The notes: generated from the letters alone by a model not told the origin. DNA of 63,563 nt, filler included, from Octopus bimaculoides (GCF_001194135.2; 6 parts of 6 records of this genome joined end to end with filler, not necessarily neighbours in it); one strand, 5' to 3'. Shown: positions 12,520 to 24,650, numbered from the whole stretch's first letter. Translations and numbers: made by a program.

Positions 12520-12840
12520 TAGTAGAAGACATTTGCATCCTGGGCAAATGTCTTCTATTAAAGTCATGTAAGTGGATTTGGTAGACAGAAACAGAAAGAA
12601 GCCAGTTATGTGTGTGTGTGTGTGTGTATGTGTGTTTGACCCACAATACTGTTTGTCAACTGGTGTTGGTGTGTTTATGCCCCTGTAACTTAGTGGTTCA
12701 GCAACTAAACTGATAGACCAATAGAATAGAATAAGTAGCAGTTTTAAAAAATAAGTACAGAGGTTGATTCGTTTGACTAAAATTCTTCAAGGCTGTGCCC
12801 CAGCATGGCCACAGCCCATAAAACAAGTGGAAGAATAAAA
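12520..12840 (+). mobile_element. SINE family B partial copy
   Basis: Core and tail similarity. Confidence 0.7.
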
Positions 12841-12962
12841 GTAGGAATGTAATAAGAGCCATGTAAGTAATGCCATCCATATCTCATACCTGATTCAATA
12901 TGTACATGCATACATATATACGCATGCATACATATATACATATGTAGTGGAACAAATGTCTG

Positions 12963-13578
12963 GGATCTAGTTCAAAACGGGGGCATCAGTTTTCATTTAT
13001 GTTTTATGTAGTGTTTTTGGTACCGAAAGACTTTCAAACTTCGTATACTTATCTATTTTGTGTTATAGAACAGAAAAAAAATTTTTGTATTCGAAGTTAT
13101 TTCATGTAAAAAATTATCTTATTTCGATAATTTCAACCAATCACTGACAAGTATTCAGCTGTTTACAGTTACTCATTTGGCAGTTTAAGCGGTGTAAAGC
13201 GTATNNNNNNNNNNNNNNNNNNNNNNNNNNNNNNNNNNNNNNNNNNNNNNNNNNNNNNNNNNNNNNNNNNNNNNNNNNNNNNNNNNNNNNNNNNNNNNNN
13301 NNNNNNNNNNNNNNNNNNNNNNNNNNNNNNNNNNNNNNNNNNNNNNNNNNNNNNNNNNNNNNNNNNNNNNNNNNNNNNNNNNNNNNNNNNNNNNNNNNNN
13401 NNNNNNNNNNNNNNNNNNNNNNNNNNNNNNNNNNNNNNNNNATGAAATAAGTTGCAATATAATAATTTTTCTTAAGACTAAGAGAAAAAGATGTTTTATA
13501 TGGCACATTCTACCAGTATCCCAAGTTTCAAAGTGTTTCGTTAAGAAAATACTGGCGCCCCCGTTTTGAACTAGATCC
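12963..13578. mobile_element. Non-autonomous DNA transposon (MITE) with 22-bp TIRs and an 8-bp TSD
   Basis: Perfect TIR ggatctagttcaaaacgggggc; TSD aatgtctg at 12955-12962 and 13579-13586. Confidence 0.9.
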
Positions 13579-13950
13579 AATGTCTGTCCATACATAGTTT
13601 TGGATGTAAACAAACCAACATTGGTTGTTAGATGGTGGAGGAACAAATACACACACATACACACAAGACTACCCTGCTTGATGCTGTCTAAATTCCAATG
13701 GAAGATTTTTTTGTTTCTAGGCTAGAAACTAACTCTTTCTCCATGTGTGAGAAATTTGGAAAATAAAACCAAGAACGCACAGACACAGACATACACACAT
13801 ACACAGATTTCCACAGAGCTTCTATTCAGCCAAAGTTCAATCACAAGACTTGAGGCAATAACAGAAGACATTGGTCCAAAATGTCATGCAAGCAGATTTA
13901 TAAAATTTGTTTTCAAATATATATTCTGTGCTATTTTGTTTTTGACTTAC

Positions 13951-14108
13951 CTGTAGTGAGAGCTAATGTTGTTTTGATAATGAGGTGATAAGCCTCCAAG
14001 TGAAAAAACTGTCTCCAGCTCATTTTTCTCTGGTTTATATTCTGTGTTGTCAAATTTAAACTTTTCACCGACAATCCCAGCACTAAATTTTCCATTTTTG
14101 ATGGAGAT
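13951..14108 (-). CDS. Laminin-G domain gene, last visible exon (ISIKNGKF...VFSLGGLSPHYQNNISSHY)
   Basis: Acceptor tatattttag, donor AG|gtaagt; 158 nt, phase 0 in, phase 2 out; LGG motif. Confidence 0.88.
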
Positions 14109-14179
14109 CTAAAATATATAAGCAGTAAATTTCATTCATTAGAACAAAGCAAATTTTTTTAAAACCAGGTACATGTAAG

Positions 14180-14570
14180 TAAGCATGGCTGTGTGGTAAG
14201 AAGCTCCCTTTCCAGCCATGTGGTTTTGGGTTCAGTCCCACAACATAGCACCTTGGGTAGGTGTCTTCCACAACAGCTCTGGGCCAACCAAAGCCTTTTA
14301 AGTGGATTTGGTTGAAGGAAACTGAAAGAATCATGTATTGTATGTGTGTGTGTGTGTGCATGTGTGTGAGTGACTGTGTGCTTATGCTTGTCCCCTCCAC
14401 TTGGAGACAACCAGCATTTAGAGAACAAGAGGCTGAACAAATAAGTTTTAAAATATGTATGAGGTTTAAAAATATGTACCGGGGTCAGTTTGTTTGACTA
14501 AACCCTTCAAAGTGGTGCCCCAGCATGGCCACATTCCAATGACTGGATCAAGTAAAAGGTAAAAAAGTAA
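14180..14570 (+). mobile_element. SINE family B copy
   Basis: ggctgtgtggtaagaagc head through to tail. Confidence 0.8.
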
Positions 14571-14684
14571 ATAAATATTGAGTCTTTGTTTTGTGGAGAA
14601 GAAATATTTGTAATATTCAGAAAAAGTCATAAATAATAGAGCTTATAATACTGTTCTATAGACAAAGGCAAAACATACTGCCCA

Positions 14685-15215
14685 CTCAGAATAAGGGTAG
14701 AAGAACATCGTAAAGCTGTGACATGAGGAGATGTTGAAAAACCGGGTATAGCCGATCATGTATGGAAAAGCGGAGACCACCTTCCCCTGTGGGATGAAGT
14801 TAAAATAATAGACAGAGAACACCACTGGAAAATATGAAAACTAAAAGAGGCAGCACATATGCTAGGACACAATAACCTCCTAAGTGGACCTAGTGCAGAT
14901 ATGAGTAGAATATAGGAACTGGTATTAAGGAAGGATACAAAAATATTAGGTTTATAAGCCCTGAAATTCACTCTATAATTGCCCACGGACATATAGCATA
15001 ATTGTTAAGAGCGTAGACTACTAAGCCCAAGATTCCCAGTTCAATTCCAGGCAGTGCCTTGAATGAATAATAAAATCAGCAAAAAAAAAAAAACCTTAGA
15101 AATGAGAACCCAGGGTTGGGTTCAAAATTCTACCAGGACACCTGATGAAGGCTGGAGAGTAAATCAGCCAAAATGTTGTGGTAACATATCTGTCCAATGT
15201 AAATAATGAATAAAG
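14685..15215 (+). mobile_element. Penelope-like element 3' fragment (GIY-YIG tail plus terminal repeat)
   Basis: EEHRKAV...GIADHVWK...WDEVKIID...KLKEAAHMLG; colinear with the 36-37 kb copy. Confidence 0.8.
15137..15182 (+). ncRNA. Decayed Penelope-type hammerhead motif
   Basis: CTGATGA intact; ggctg/cagcc helix II; GAAAC mutated to AAAAT by two CpG transitions. Confidence 0.5.
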
Positions 15216-15299
15216 CTTATAAACCTTGATTTCAGATTAAAATTCAGGCAAAACAGATTCAAAATTGTAAGGAATATTTATTTACCTTTCTTTTTCTTA

Positions 15300-15571
15300 T
15301 CATTTTACTTGTTTCAGTTCTTTGACTGTGGCCATGCTGGAGCACTGTCTCAAAGGATTTTAGTTGAATGAATTGGTCCTAGTACTTATTTTTTAAAGCC
15401 TGGTACTGATTTTTATCGGTCTCTTTTCCTGAACTACTCAGTCATAGGGACATAAACAAACCAACAACAGTCATAAAGTGGTAGTGGGATACAAATACAG
15501 ACACAAAAGACACACACACACACATACATACATAGACATATATATATTGGTCTTCTTTCAGTTTCTGACTA

Positions 15572-15620
<49 letters not shown>

Positions 15621-15820
15621 TATATATATATACAACAGACTTCTTTCAGTTTCCATCTACCAAATCCACTCACAAGGATTTGATTGGTCCAAGGCTACAG
15701 TGAGACTGAACCTAGAACCATGTAGTTGGGAAGCAAGCTTCTTACCACACAGCCATAGTAAAAGACGATTGTCCAAGGTGCCACACAGTGGAACTGGGAA
15801 GCAAACTTCTCATCATGCAG
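15300..15820 (-). mobile_element. SINE family B copy with extra head fragment
   Basis: Reverse-complement tail, core and head. Confidence 0.75.
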
Positions 15821-16084
15821 CCGCACTTTAAATATTTCTTAAGTTGGATAAAGAGATGGAGANNNNNNNNNNNNNNNNNNNNNNNNNNNNNNNNNNNNNN
15901 NNNNNNNNNNNNNNNNNNNNNNNNNNNNNNNNNNNNNNNNNNNNNNNNNNNNNNNNNNNNNNNNNNNNNNNNNNNNNNNNGTTCAGCAGAAGAAACTGAT
16001 AGAATAAGTCTTTCTTTCTTGCCTTTAATCCTCCAACGCGGAGTATAGGCCACTTATAATCGAATTCCATGTCGCATAATTTTT

Positions 16085-16375
16085 CACTTCTGTACTTATA
16101 CTCTGCCATGAATGTCCCCCTTTCTCTAGTTCCTTTTGTGTTGATCTACGCCACGAGTTCTTAGGCCTACCCCTCTTTCTATATCCATCCAGATTCCACT
16201 GTAAAGCACTTTTCGCTGCATTTGGTGTGTCCTTTCTAATTGTGCTACCAATTCACTTCCACCTTTTCTTAAATATTTGCTCCCTAATCGAAACTTGATT
16301 TGTTCTTTGCCATAGCTCCATATTGCTTATGTGTTTGGGCCATCTGATTTTAAGTATACTACGCAAGCACCTAGA
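16085..16375 (-). mobile_element. RTE-clade LINE 3' fragment
   Basis: CLRSILKIRWPKHISNMELWQRT...RWKWIG...RKRGRPKNSWRR. Confidence 0.8.
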
Positions 16376-16563
16376 ATAAGTAGCAGGCTTAAAAATAAAA
16401 TAGGTACTGGGATTAATTAGTTCAGTGCCCCAGCATGGCCACAGTCTTATGACAGAAACAAGTAAAAGACTAAAGATAAAAGATATATATCCACATACAT
16501 ACAAAAGTAAAAACTCATTGACACATTAATGGCTTACATATACACACACATATATACAAAAGT

Positions 16564-16594
<31 letters not shown>

Positions 16595-16604
16595 TTGTTT
16601 TATA

Positions 16605-17005
16605 CTTTTACTTGTTTCAGTCATTTGACTGTGGCCATGCTGGAGCACCACCTTACAGGGTTTTAGTAAAATTAATCGATTCCAGGACTTAGTCTTTGTG
16701 AGCCCATTACCTATTCTGTCGGTTGCTTTTGCTGAACTACTAAGTCACGGGGACATAAACACACCTGCATCAGTTGTCAAGCAATGGTGGTTGTGGCGGT
16801 AGTGGTAGTGGGGATAAACACAAACACAAATACACAAACGCGACGGGCTTCTTTCAGTTTCCATCAACCAAATCCACTCACAAGGATTTGGTTGGTCCAA
16901 GGCTACAGTAGAAGACACCTGCTCACGGTGCTTTGCAGTGGGACTGAACCCAGAACCATGTGGTTGGGAAGCATGCTTCTTACCACACAGTCATGACTGC
17001 GCCTA
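16605..17005 (-). mobile_element. SINE family B copy
   Basis: Full-length reverse match. Confidence 0.85.
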
Positions 17006-17830
17006 TATACATTCAAAATACATGCAATACACATACATATAAAATACATACAAATTGAAAACATACACACAATATATCCACACATTCACAAACATCTTAA
17101 AAGTAAACAGACCCACCCCCTCTATTCTACCATTTTATCTGTGAGGATTCTACTTATTACTATAATGTCCAAATGGGATAAAACATTAAACTGCACAAGG
17201 CATGTCTACTAAATACTAGATTAAGTATTTAAAAGCATCAAATGGCCTTAATAAATCCTTCAAAAAATGATGGCGTCTATTTACTTTTGAGGTATCTGTG
17301 TACATACAAAAATGATAATACCACATGCACACACAGTCTACATTATTTATACACACACACATATACAAAAATGAAATATCACATACACACACACGCACAT
17401 ACTAACATACACACACACACGCACAAACATATTAATACATACAGAGACACACAAATATGTTTATTACATAGATAGCCAACTTCTTGCCTTCATTCCCAAC
17501 AGACCACCAGGGCCCAACCTGCAGCATGACCTTCTGAGCATGCATCAGCCTAATTGGCCACAGCCAGACGTACCCTCACCCACCTTCTTCTCCTAAGTGA
17601 TATCCTAGTCATCATCAACAATGATGGCTGAACATTACATAGATAGCCAGTTTGGATGATCTCCATCACCTTGGAGGTACACAGATACATATAGTATACA
17701 CATATGTGTATATGTAAATACAAAGAAGAACTGCCACCTTGAAATCCTGGCAGTAGCCATGTAATAAGTATGAATACAAGGAGCACCCATTCTAATTGTT
17801 GTTAAAAACTTATGAGAATGACAAACCTAC

Positions 17831-17956
17831 CTGAATTTTGTACAACATTCCATTGGAGAGTTGTTTAGGTCCACTTAACTTAGCTGTCTGTGTATCTTCC
17901 AATTCATACTGGATACGGATATTGCCTGATTCCAATGTGACAATTAGTAGAAAATT
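17831..17956 (-). CDS. Laminin-G domain gene exon (NFLLIVTLESGNIRIQYE...NGMLYKIQ)
   Basis: Acceptor ttgtctttttctag, donor gtaggt; 126 nt, phase 0/0; 124-bp intron to the previous exon; LxxGxIxIxY motif. Confidence 0.92.
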
Positions 17957-18080
17957 CTAGAAAAAGACAATGAGAAAAGTATTTTAATAACTTGTATCAT
18001 TGATGGTCAGCAACTTGTTTGCTTTTAGCAAAAACAAAAGTAAAGAAAAACTTCCTAAAAAATGGTCAAAAAGCACTTAC

Positions 18081-18225
18081 TGTATTCTTCAGAAATAAAA
18101 GCAAAGCATCTGTTTGATATGTCTTGAAGCTAAGCTGAACTGATGTTAAACCAGTCTTCAGGATATCATCAGTGTGAAATTCTGCAAAACCATTACCTTC
18201 AAAGACCATTGAAGAATTGTCACCA
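18081..18225 (-). CDS. Laminin-G domain gene exon (GDNSSMVFEGNGFAEF...SFKTYQTDALLLFLKNT)
   Basis: Acceptor tttcttgttccacag, donor gtaagt; 145 nt, phase 2 in, phase 0 out; LamG N-terminal FxGxG and FxTxxxD(G/A)LLL motifs. Confidence 0.92.
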
Positions 18226-18419
18226 CTGTGGAACAAGAAACAACACATAATGGATTTAGAATTGTTTAATTATTATGTATCTAGTTAAGAATAAAATAAT
18301 AACTACATGATATTTAAAATAATCTCCCAATATTTTTATGATTTTTATAAAACTGGTGAGAGACCAGAAGAATGTTGCAGATTTAATTCTGTATATAACC
18401 CTTTTCTTAAAAGCATTAG

Positions 18420-18617
18420 TGTGGGTTCTGGCGCCACATAAAAAGCACCCAGTATGCTCTCCAGAGTGGCTGGCATTAGGAAAGGGATCCAGCCATAGAA
18501 GCCAATCCAAAACAGACTATGGAATCTGGTGTGGCCCCTGGCTTTGCCAGTTCCTGTCAAGTCATCCAACTCATGCCAGCATGGAAAATGGATGTTAAAT
18601 GTTGATGATGATGATAT
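18420..18617 (+). mobile_element. SINE family C copy
   Basis: Same body and tail. Confidence 0.8.
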
Positions 18618-18628
18618 CATAACAATTG

Positions 18629-18763
18629 CAGGGTGGAAGGTGTTTATAAGCCATTTAAAATAACACACAAAAACCGTTAGATTCATTTCAACATTTTAAT
18701 TTAATTTGTCAAAATATTTTCGTCGCTTTGAGACCGCGACCTGTTCACTGACAAAATTCTGTG
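18629..18763. mobile_element. Tc1/mariner-type MITE fragment
   Basis: Begins CAGGGTG; CpG-retaining sequence recognised as a repeat. Confidence 0.35.
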
Positions 18764-18894
18764 CCCTCAAACTTCCTTAACATGAATAACAATGGGTTTA
18801 CAGAAAGTATTTACAATATGGCAGAGAGGCTGTCCCCTTAGAATATGCCTCTGTAATACTGTATTCTATCAGTGATAATACAATCATTCCTTGT

Positions 18895-19775
18895 GTTTAA
18901 TTTCAAGATGGTAGCTCACAATGAAGTCAGGTTAGCTATGGCTTTGACAATGCTCACTAGAACTTTAGGAAGTCAAAAGGTTTCTAGCATTCATGAGTGG
19001 GGGACAGAGTCTAAGGTTTTCTTGTAGTCCAACCATATTGAACCTAGGCTCCTTCTATGCTCCCACACCACTGATATTTGTTTATTAAAAATTGCTCAGT
19101 ACATCCCCAGAATCCATTCTTCCCAGCTGCTCGTTCTGCTGTGATGATGTTATTATTTTCAAAATGGTCTTGATGGTAGAGCTTTAAACATGCTGTATAT
19201 ATTTTATACATTAAGTTCTGGCATGCAAATAGCCAGTAGTTTTTTTGCCATGCAGGTGGTTCTGCATTTGAGGAGCAGTTTTGTCTCTACCAGAGCTAAC
19301 CAGTCTGGTATGTTACTATTCACATTGAGATCTTGCTAGTACAGGTTGATAAGATATGGTTGGTAGAAGGTTAGCTTGTACCAGTGACCAACAATCAAAT
19401 CTTTTTGAGGTGCTTTTCCATCCTGAAGTTTCCAGATTACAGTCATAAGGGTATCAGTATCAATGCTGTATGTTTTGGGTGTAATGCAGGGACAATAACT
19501 TCTCCAAGTTTCTTCTAGCCACAGAGCATCTTGGTTAAACAAATTTTCCCCCGGTTGGAGTCTGTCTTCTCAGGAAGGAACTTCTATGATATTCACTGCT
19601 TTTCCTCTCATGTTTCTGTACACTGTTGCCTGGTTCCGGTTAAATTTTTTGCTTATTGTTTTTCTCTTGGTTATTCTCTTCTGATGTCAGAGTTCCTCAC
19701 TGACAGCTTTTAACCCTTCCTTGACAGTGATCAGCTTGCAAGTGGGTGTCCTTTTTTTGCTATCCCCAAATATCA
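18895..19775 (-). mobile_element. R4/Dong-like non-LTR retrotransposon RT relic
   Basis: FNQDALWLEE, KLQDGKAPQKDLIVGHWYK (compare NWKAPGxDxIxxFWxK), SLGSIWLDYKKTLDSVPHS. Confidence 0.75.
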
Positions 19776-20079
19776 CATCTATCTCCTTCTTCAGTGAACG
19801 AATGAATGAAAGGATGGATGGACGGATGGATGAATGAATAAATAAATGTGTGTATATGCATGTATGTGTGTGTATGTGTGTTTGTTGTGTGTTTATGTGT
19901 GTATGTGTATGTATGTGTGTATGTAAGTGTGTATATGTATGGTGTATGTATGCATAAATGCATATTTGTACAGTAATAGGATAAACTCTTATATAAGAAT
20001 TCATCAAGTAGTTATTGTGAAAAAAATTCATAGGGAAGAATCTATCATTTTTCCCTAAATCATATTTATTTATTTATAC

Positions 20080-20155
20080 ATATATAAGGGCATAACTATA
20101 CAAGAATACCTCATGTTAACAAGAGGTATTCTTGTATAGTTATGCCCTTATATAT
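20080..20155. repeat. 76-bp near-perfect palindrome
   Basis: 33-bp perfect arms, one A/A mismatch, central tgttaaca. Confidence 0.97.
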
Positions 20156-20369
20156 ACATATTTGTATATAGATATGTATGCCAACTAATAGTACAGTCTC
20201 ATAAAAACCCACTAGTATATGTACACAGACACTCAACACCTCTCCACACACATGCATACAGAATCACAACTATCAATACATACAGAACATAGCAATTTTA
20301 TATAATGTTAACCATTATAGTTAAAGTTAACCTTTGACCAAAAGTTATTTCTTTCTTAAGGAAATGCAA

Positions 20370-20745
20370 TATCATCAACATCATCATCATCATCATCATT
20401 ATCATCATTGTCATTTAACATCCGTTGTCCATGTTGGCATGGGTTGGATGATTTGACTAGGGCTAGTAAGCTGAGGGGCTGCACCAGCCTCCAGTTTGAT
20501 TCGGCATGGTTTCTACAGCTGGACGCCCTTCCTAATGACAACCACTCTGAGAGTGTAATGGATGCTTTTACGTGCCACCAACATAGGTGTCAGTTGCATG
20601 ACACCAGTATCTGCCATGATTACAATTTCACTTGCCTTGATGGGTCTTCTTCTCAAGTACAGTATATTGTTGAAGGTCTTGTTTGTTTGTCATTGCCTCT
20701 GTGAGGCCCAATGCTCAAAAGGTGCCTTTTACATGCTACTGGCAC
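20370..20745 (-). mobile_element. SINE family C copy
   Basis: Reverse match. Confidence 0.8.
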
Positions 20746-20793
20746 AGATAAATGGAATAAAATAAAATAAAATAAAATAAGTAAACTGCTTAC

Positions 20794-20912
20794 CATCCAT
20801 GTGTACAAGGTGTAGGCTGAGAACCATCTGGAAAAGGCTGCATCAGAGACATAGCATGTCCATCAACATCAAGTGACCCCACACAACCTTCCAGCGGTTT
20901 TAATTTGTTTTT
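20794..20912 (-). CDS. Laminin-G domain gene exon (KNKLKPLEGCVGSLDVDG...PTPCTHG)
   Basis: Acceptor gataacag, donor gtaagc; 119 nt, phase 0 in, phase 2 out; LamG C-terminal GC...C motif; too short to appear in the ORF track. Confidence 0.88.
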
Positions 20913-21070
20913 CTGTTATCAATAAAGAATATCACAAATATGTATGGAAAAGAATTTTCTATAGTTGATTGAATCACACATTCATACATACACAGTCACA
21001 CATACAACACCTACACACAAAAACATACAAACAGACAAGGGAAACATACATACGTTTATATATATATATA

Positions 21071-22477
21071 TTAGGTTGTCAAGAAAGTTCTTGCAGAATT
21101 TTTAATTTTGGATTTAAATGATGTATTTTCAAATTAATTTTTGTTAAATTACTTTGACATTATATATCATTTTAAAGTCCGTTTTTCGCTCTATCTAATT
21201 GTGTTACTCGTTTTCTTTTTGAATAATTAGGCCATTTTTTCGGGAATGTTGAATACAACATGGACAAAAAGCAAATTTGCACAATTTTCTTATTCCAGTC
21301 CAAGCTAGGCCAAAAAGCTGCTGAAACAGTTCACGATATTAACGGTGCATTTGGCCCAGGAACCACTAATGAACATACAGCACAATGGTGGTTCAAGAAA
21401 TTTTGTAGTGGTGACGAAAGTCTCGAAGATGATAAGCATAGTGGTTGGCCATCAGATGTTGACAACGATCAACTAAGAGCCTTAATGGAAGCCAATCCAT
21501 GCACAAGTGTTTGAGAGCTTGCTTCTGAATTAGACGTAACATATACAACAATTTCCAACCACTTGAAAGAGATTGGAAAAACAANNNNNNNNNNNNNNNN
21601 NNNNNNNNNNNNNNNNNNNNNNNNNNNNNNNNNNNNNNNNNNNNNNNNNNNNNNNNNNNNNNNNNNNNNNNNNNNNNNNNNNNNNNNNNNNNNNNNNNNN
21701 NNNNNNNNNNNNNNNNNNNNNNNNNNNNNNNNNNNNNNNNNNNNNNNNNNNNNNNNNNNNNNNNNNNNNNNNNNNNNNNNNNNNNNNNNNNNNNNNNNNN
21801 NNNNNNNNNNNNNNNNNNNNNNNNNNNNNNNNNNNNNNNNNNNNNNNNNNNNNNNNNNNNNNNNNNNNNNNNNNNNNNNNNNNNNCCAATGAAGCTCCAC
21901 GGCACTTCTCGAAGCCAAAGTTGCACCAAAAGAAGGTCATGGTGACTGTTTGGTGGTCTGTGACCGGTCTCATCCATCACAGCTTTTTGGATCCAGGTGA
22001 AACCATTACAGTGGAGAAGTACTGTCAGCAAATGGATCAAATGCATAAGAAACTCCGACAACAACAGCCAGCATTGGTCAATAGAAAAGGACCAATTCTT
22101 CTCCACAACAACGCTTGGGTGCACATCGCACAACTGACCCTGCAGAAGTTGAACGAATTGGGCAATGAAACTCTGCCTCATCCGCCATACTCACCAGACC
22201 TCTTGTGTATTGACTATCACTTTTTCAAGCATCTTGACAACTTCCTGCATGAGAAATGTTTCAAAAACCAAGACAATGCCAAACATGCCTTCAACGACTT
22301 CATTGCCACTAGAACACAGGATTTTTATGCTACTGGCATAAATAAACTTGTTTCGCGTTGGCAAAAGTGTGTTGATTCTGATGGTGTTTATTTTGATTAA
22401 TAAAGTTTTGTTTGAGCTGAGATATGTGCATCTGAATGTAAAGGTTAAAAACTGCAAGAACTTTCTTGACAACCTAA
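21071..22477 (+). mobile_element. Mariner (DD34D, cecropia/Hsmar1-like) transposon, full length but inactive
   Basis: Perfect 26-bp TIRs ttaggttgtcaagaaagttcttgcag; TA flanks; transposase from 21260 (MDKKQI...WWFKKF) to 22400 (PPYSPDL..DYH); internal TGA at 21512-21514; HDNARPH degraded to HNNAWVH; internal N gap. Confidence 0.95.
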
Positions 22478-23555
22478 TATATATGTATGTATGTATGTAT
22501 GTACATATATGCATATATATATCTATATCTATATCTATCTATCTATCTCTCTCTCTCTCTNNNNNNNNNNNNNNNNNNNNNNNNNNNNNNNNNNNNNNNN
22601 NNNNNNNNNNNNNNNNNNNNNNNNNNNNNNNNNNNNNNNNNNNNNNNNNNNNNNNNNNNNNNNNNNNNNNNNNNNNNNNNNNNNNNNNNNNNNNNNNNNN
22701 NNNNNNNNNNNNNNNNNNNNNNNNNNNNNNNNNNNNNNNNNNNNNNNNNNNNNNNNNNNNNNNNNNNNNNNNNNNNNNNNNNNNNNNNNNNNNNNNNNNN
22801 NNNNNNNNNNNNNNNNNNNNNNNNNNNNNNNNNNNNNNNNNNNNNNNNNNNNNNNNNNNNNNNNNNNNNNGATCTTCATAATCTACTTGAATTGAGATGG
22901 GACCACTTTAATGTACTCCCATCGAACAAGAATCTATGAAAAAGACTCATCACAAAATTTCAAAACTAATATAATTTGGGATAAAGAAAGAAAAGATTAA
23001 ATTTTAGCACACATTTTATTATAACAATAGGATAAAAAATAACAGCAAGTATGTTGTGAAGCAGAGTTAGGATAAGAAAGTTTAATTTATTTACTGTTTC
23101 TTTTCTTCAGTGGTCAAATATTGTAACATTGGGTTTATTGTTTTCTATTTGGTTTGGTGTTATTACTGGGCTATCTACTAAAATCTTAACCTTTTCACTG
23201 GTTGTTACCTTTTCTATTTGCACATTTCTGATTTTCTGGTTTTTTGATCTGTTATATTACTGTAGTATTTTTGCAAAGATGATCTTGTTTTTGTTTTGTA
23301 AACACTGCATAATATGTTTATCTATCATTGAGTATTTGCTTTGTTTTATAAATTTCAATGATACCCCTTCAAAGTATTCACCATATATTTCTCAGTGTTA
23401 TTGTTCTATAATTATTTTTTCTCCCTCATATTTTTGTATTTATTGACATTATTGATATTATTTTTTATGCTTTCTTTTTTTATTTCCATAATATTGTAAC
23501 CCATACTTGGTGGAATTTTCTGTGCGGAATTTACCACAGTGGAATTCACCGTTTA

Positions 23556-23601
<46 letters not shown>

Positions 23602-23812
23602 TATATAAATAATATATAAATATATGCATATGTACATACATATATGTATATACCTACATATATATGTATATACACATGCATATATATGGGTACAGGACAT
23701 AAAAAAAAACGTTGACAGAATGAGAAATGAGAGCATAAAAAACAAAAACATCTGGAGGGTTACTCTATACTTTTGTAGAGCACAAATTTATTCTTCTTTT
23801 ACAAGAATGTCA

Positions 23813-23885
23813 TTGACAGTGACTTTGAAGTTTTGGCCAGTCTAACGATGGCTTTAGTTGGCCAAAACTTCAAAATTACTATCAA
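23813..23885 (+). mobile_element. Small inverted-repeat element, same family as 26850-26943, with decayed HHR core
   Basis: 27-bp inverted arms (24/27 match); cagt-CTAACGA-t-ggc...gcc-AAAAC. Confidence 0.5.
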
Positions 23886-24274
23886 CAGCATTCTTGTTTA
23901 AAAATACATACATGCATACATCTGGATGTGTGTGTGTGTGTGTGTTTACAAATACACACACATATATATATATATACATTTATATGTATATAAAGTACTC
24001 ACACATGCATATATTCAAATATAACACAGTATATCAATGAAAAAGAATTCCGTTTAAATAAACTGTGTGTGTGACACACTTATGCAATAAATGGAATCAA
24101 TTTCTCTAACTTTATATAATCAGATGTACCCAGTAACTCTAAGAATTTTCCTTTAGAGAGGATGAAAATATAAAACTGTGTAGGTAATGTAACTTCCCTT
24201 CTTTTTTGGGGGGTTGGGGGTAGGGCAGTGGGTAGGTATCATAAGCAAACCTCCCATGAAATCTTGTATTTTTT

Positions 24275-24650
24275 ATTTTTTACTTGTTTCAGTCATTAGA
24301 CTGTGGCCATGCTGGGGTACTGCCTTGAAGAATTTTTAATCAAATGACTTGACCCCAGTACTTATTTTTTGTTAAGCCTGGAACTTATTCTATTGCTCTC
24401 TTTTGCCAAACTACTAAGTTATGGGGATGTAAACACACCAATTCCAGTTGTCAAGTGGTATTGGGGGACAAACACACACAGGCTACTGGCTTCTTTCCGT
24501 TTCCATCTACCAACCCCACTCACAAGGCTTTGTTCAACCTTAGATCTATAGAAGAAGACACTTGCCCAAGGTACCATGCAGTGGGACTGAACCCAGGACC
24601 ATGTAGTTGAGAAGGAACCTCTTACCACACAGCCATACCTGCACCTATAT
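24275..24650 (-). mobile_element. SINE family B copy
   Basis: Full-length reverse match. Confidence 0.85.

Noticed and set aside
17216-17398. Minus-strand ORF with an acceptor-like site near the gene
   Set aside because: The required phase 0 hits a stop after four codons, and 17831 splices cleanly to 14108.
17470-17760. GC-richer block next to an exon, considered as coding or ribozyme
   Set aside because: No in-phase exon and no CUGANGA/GAAA pair; probably an unclassified repeat relic.
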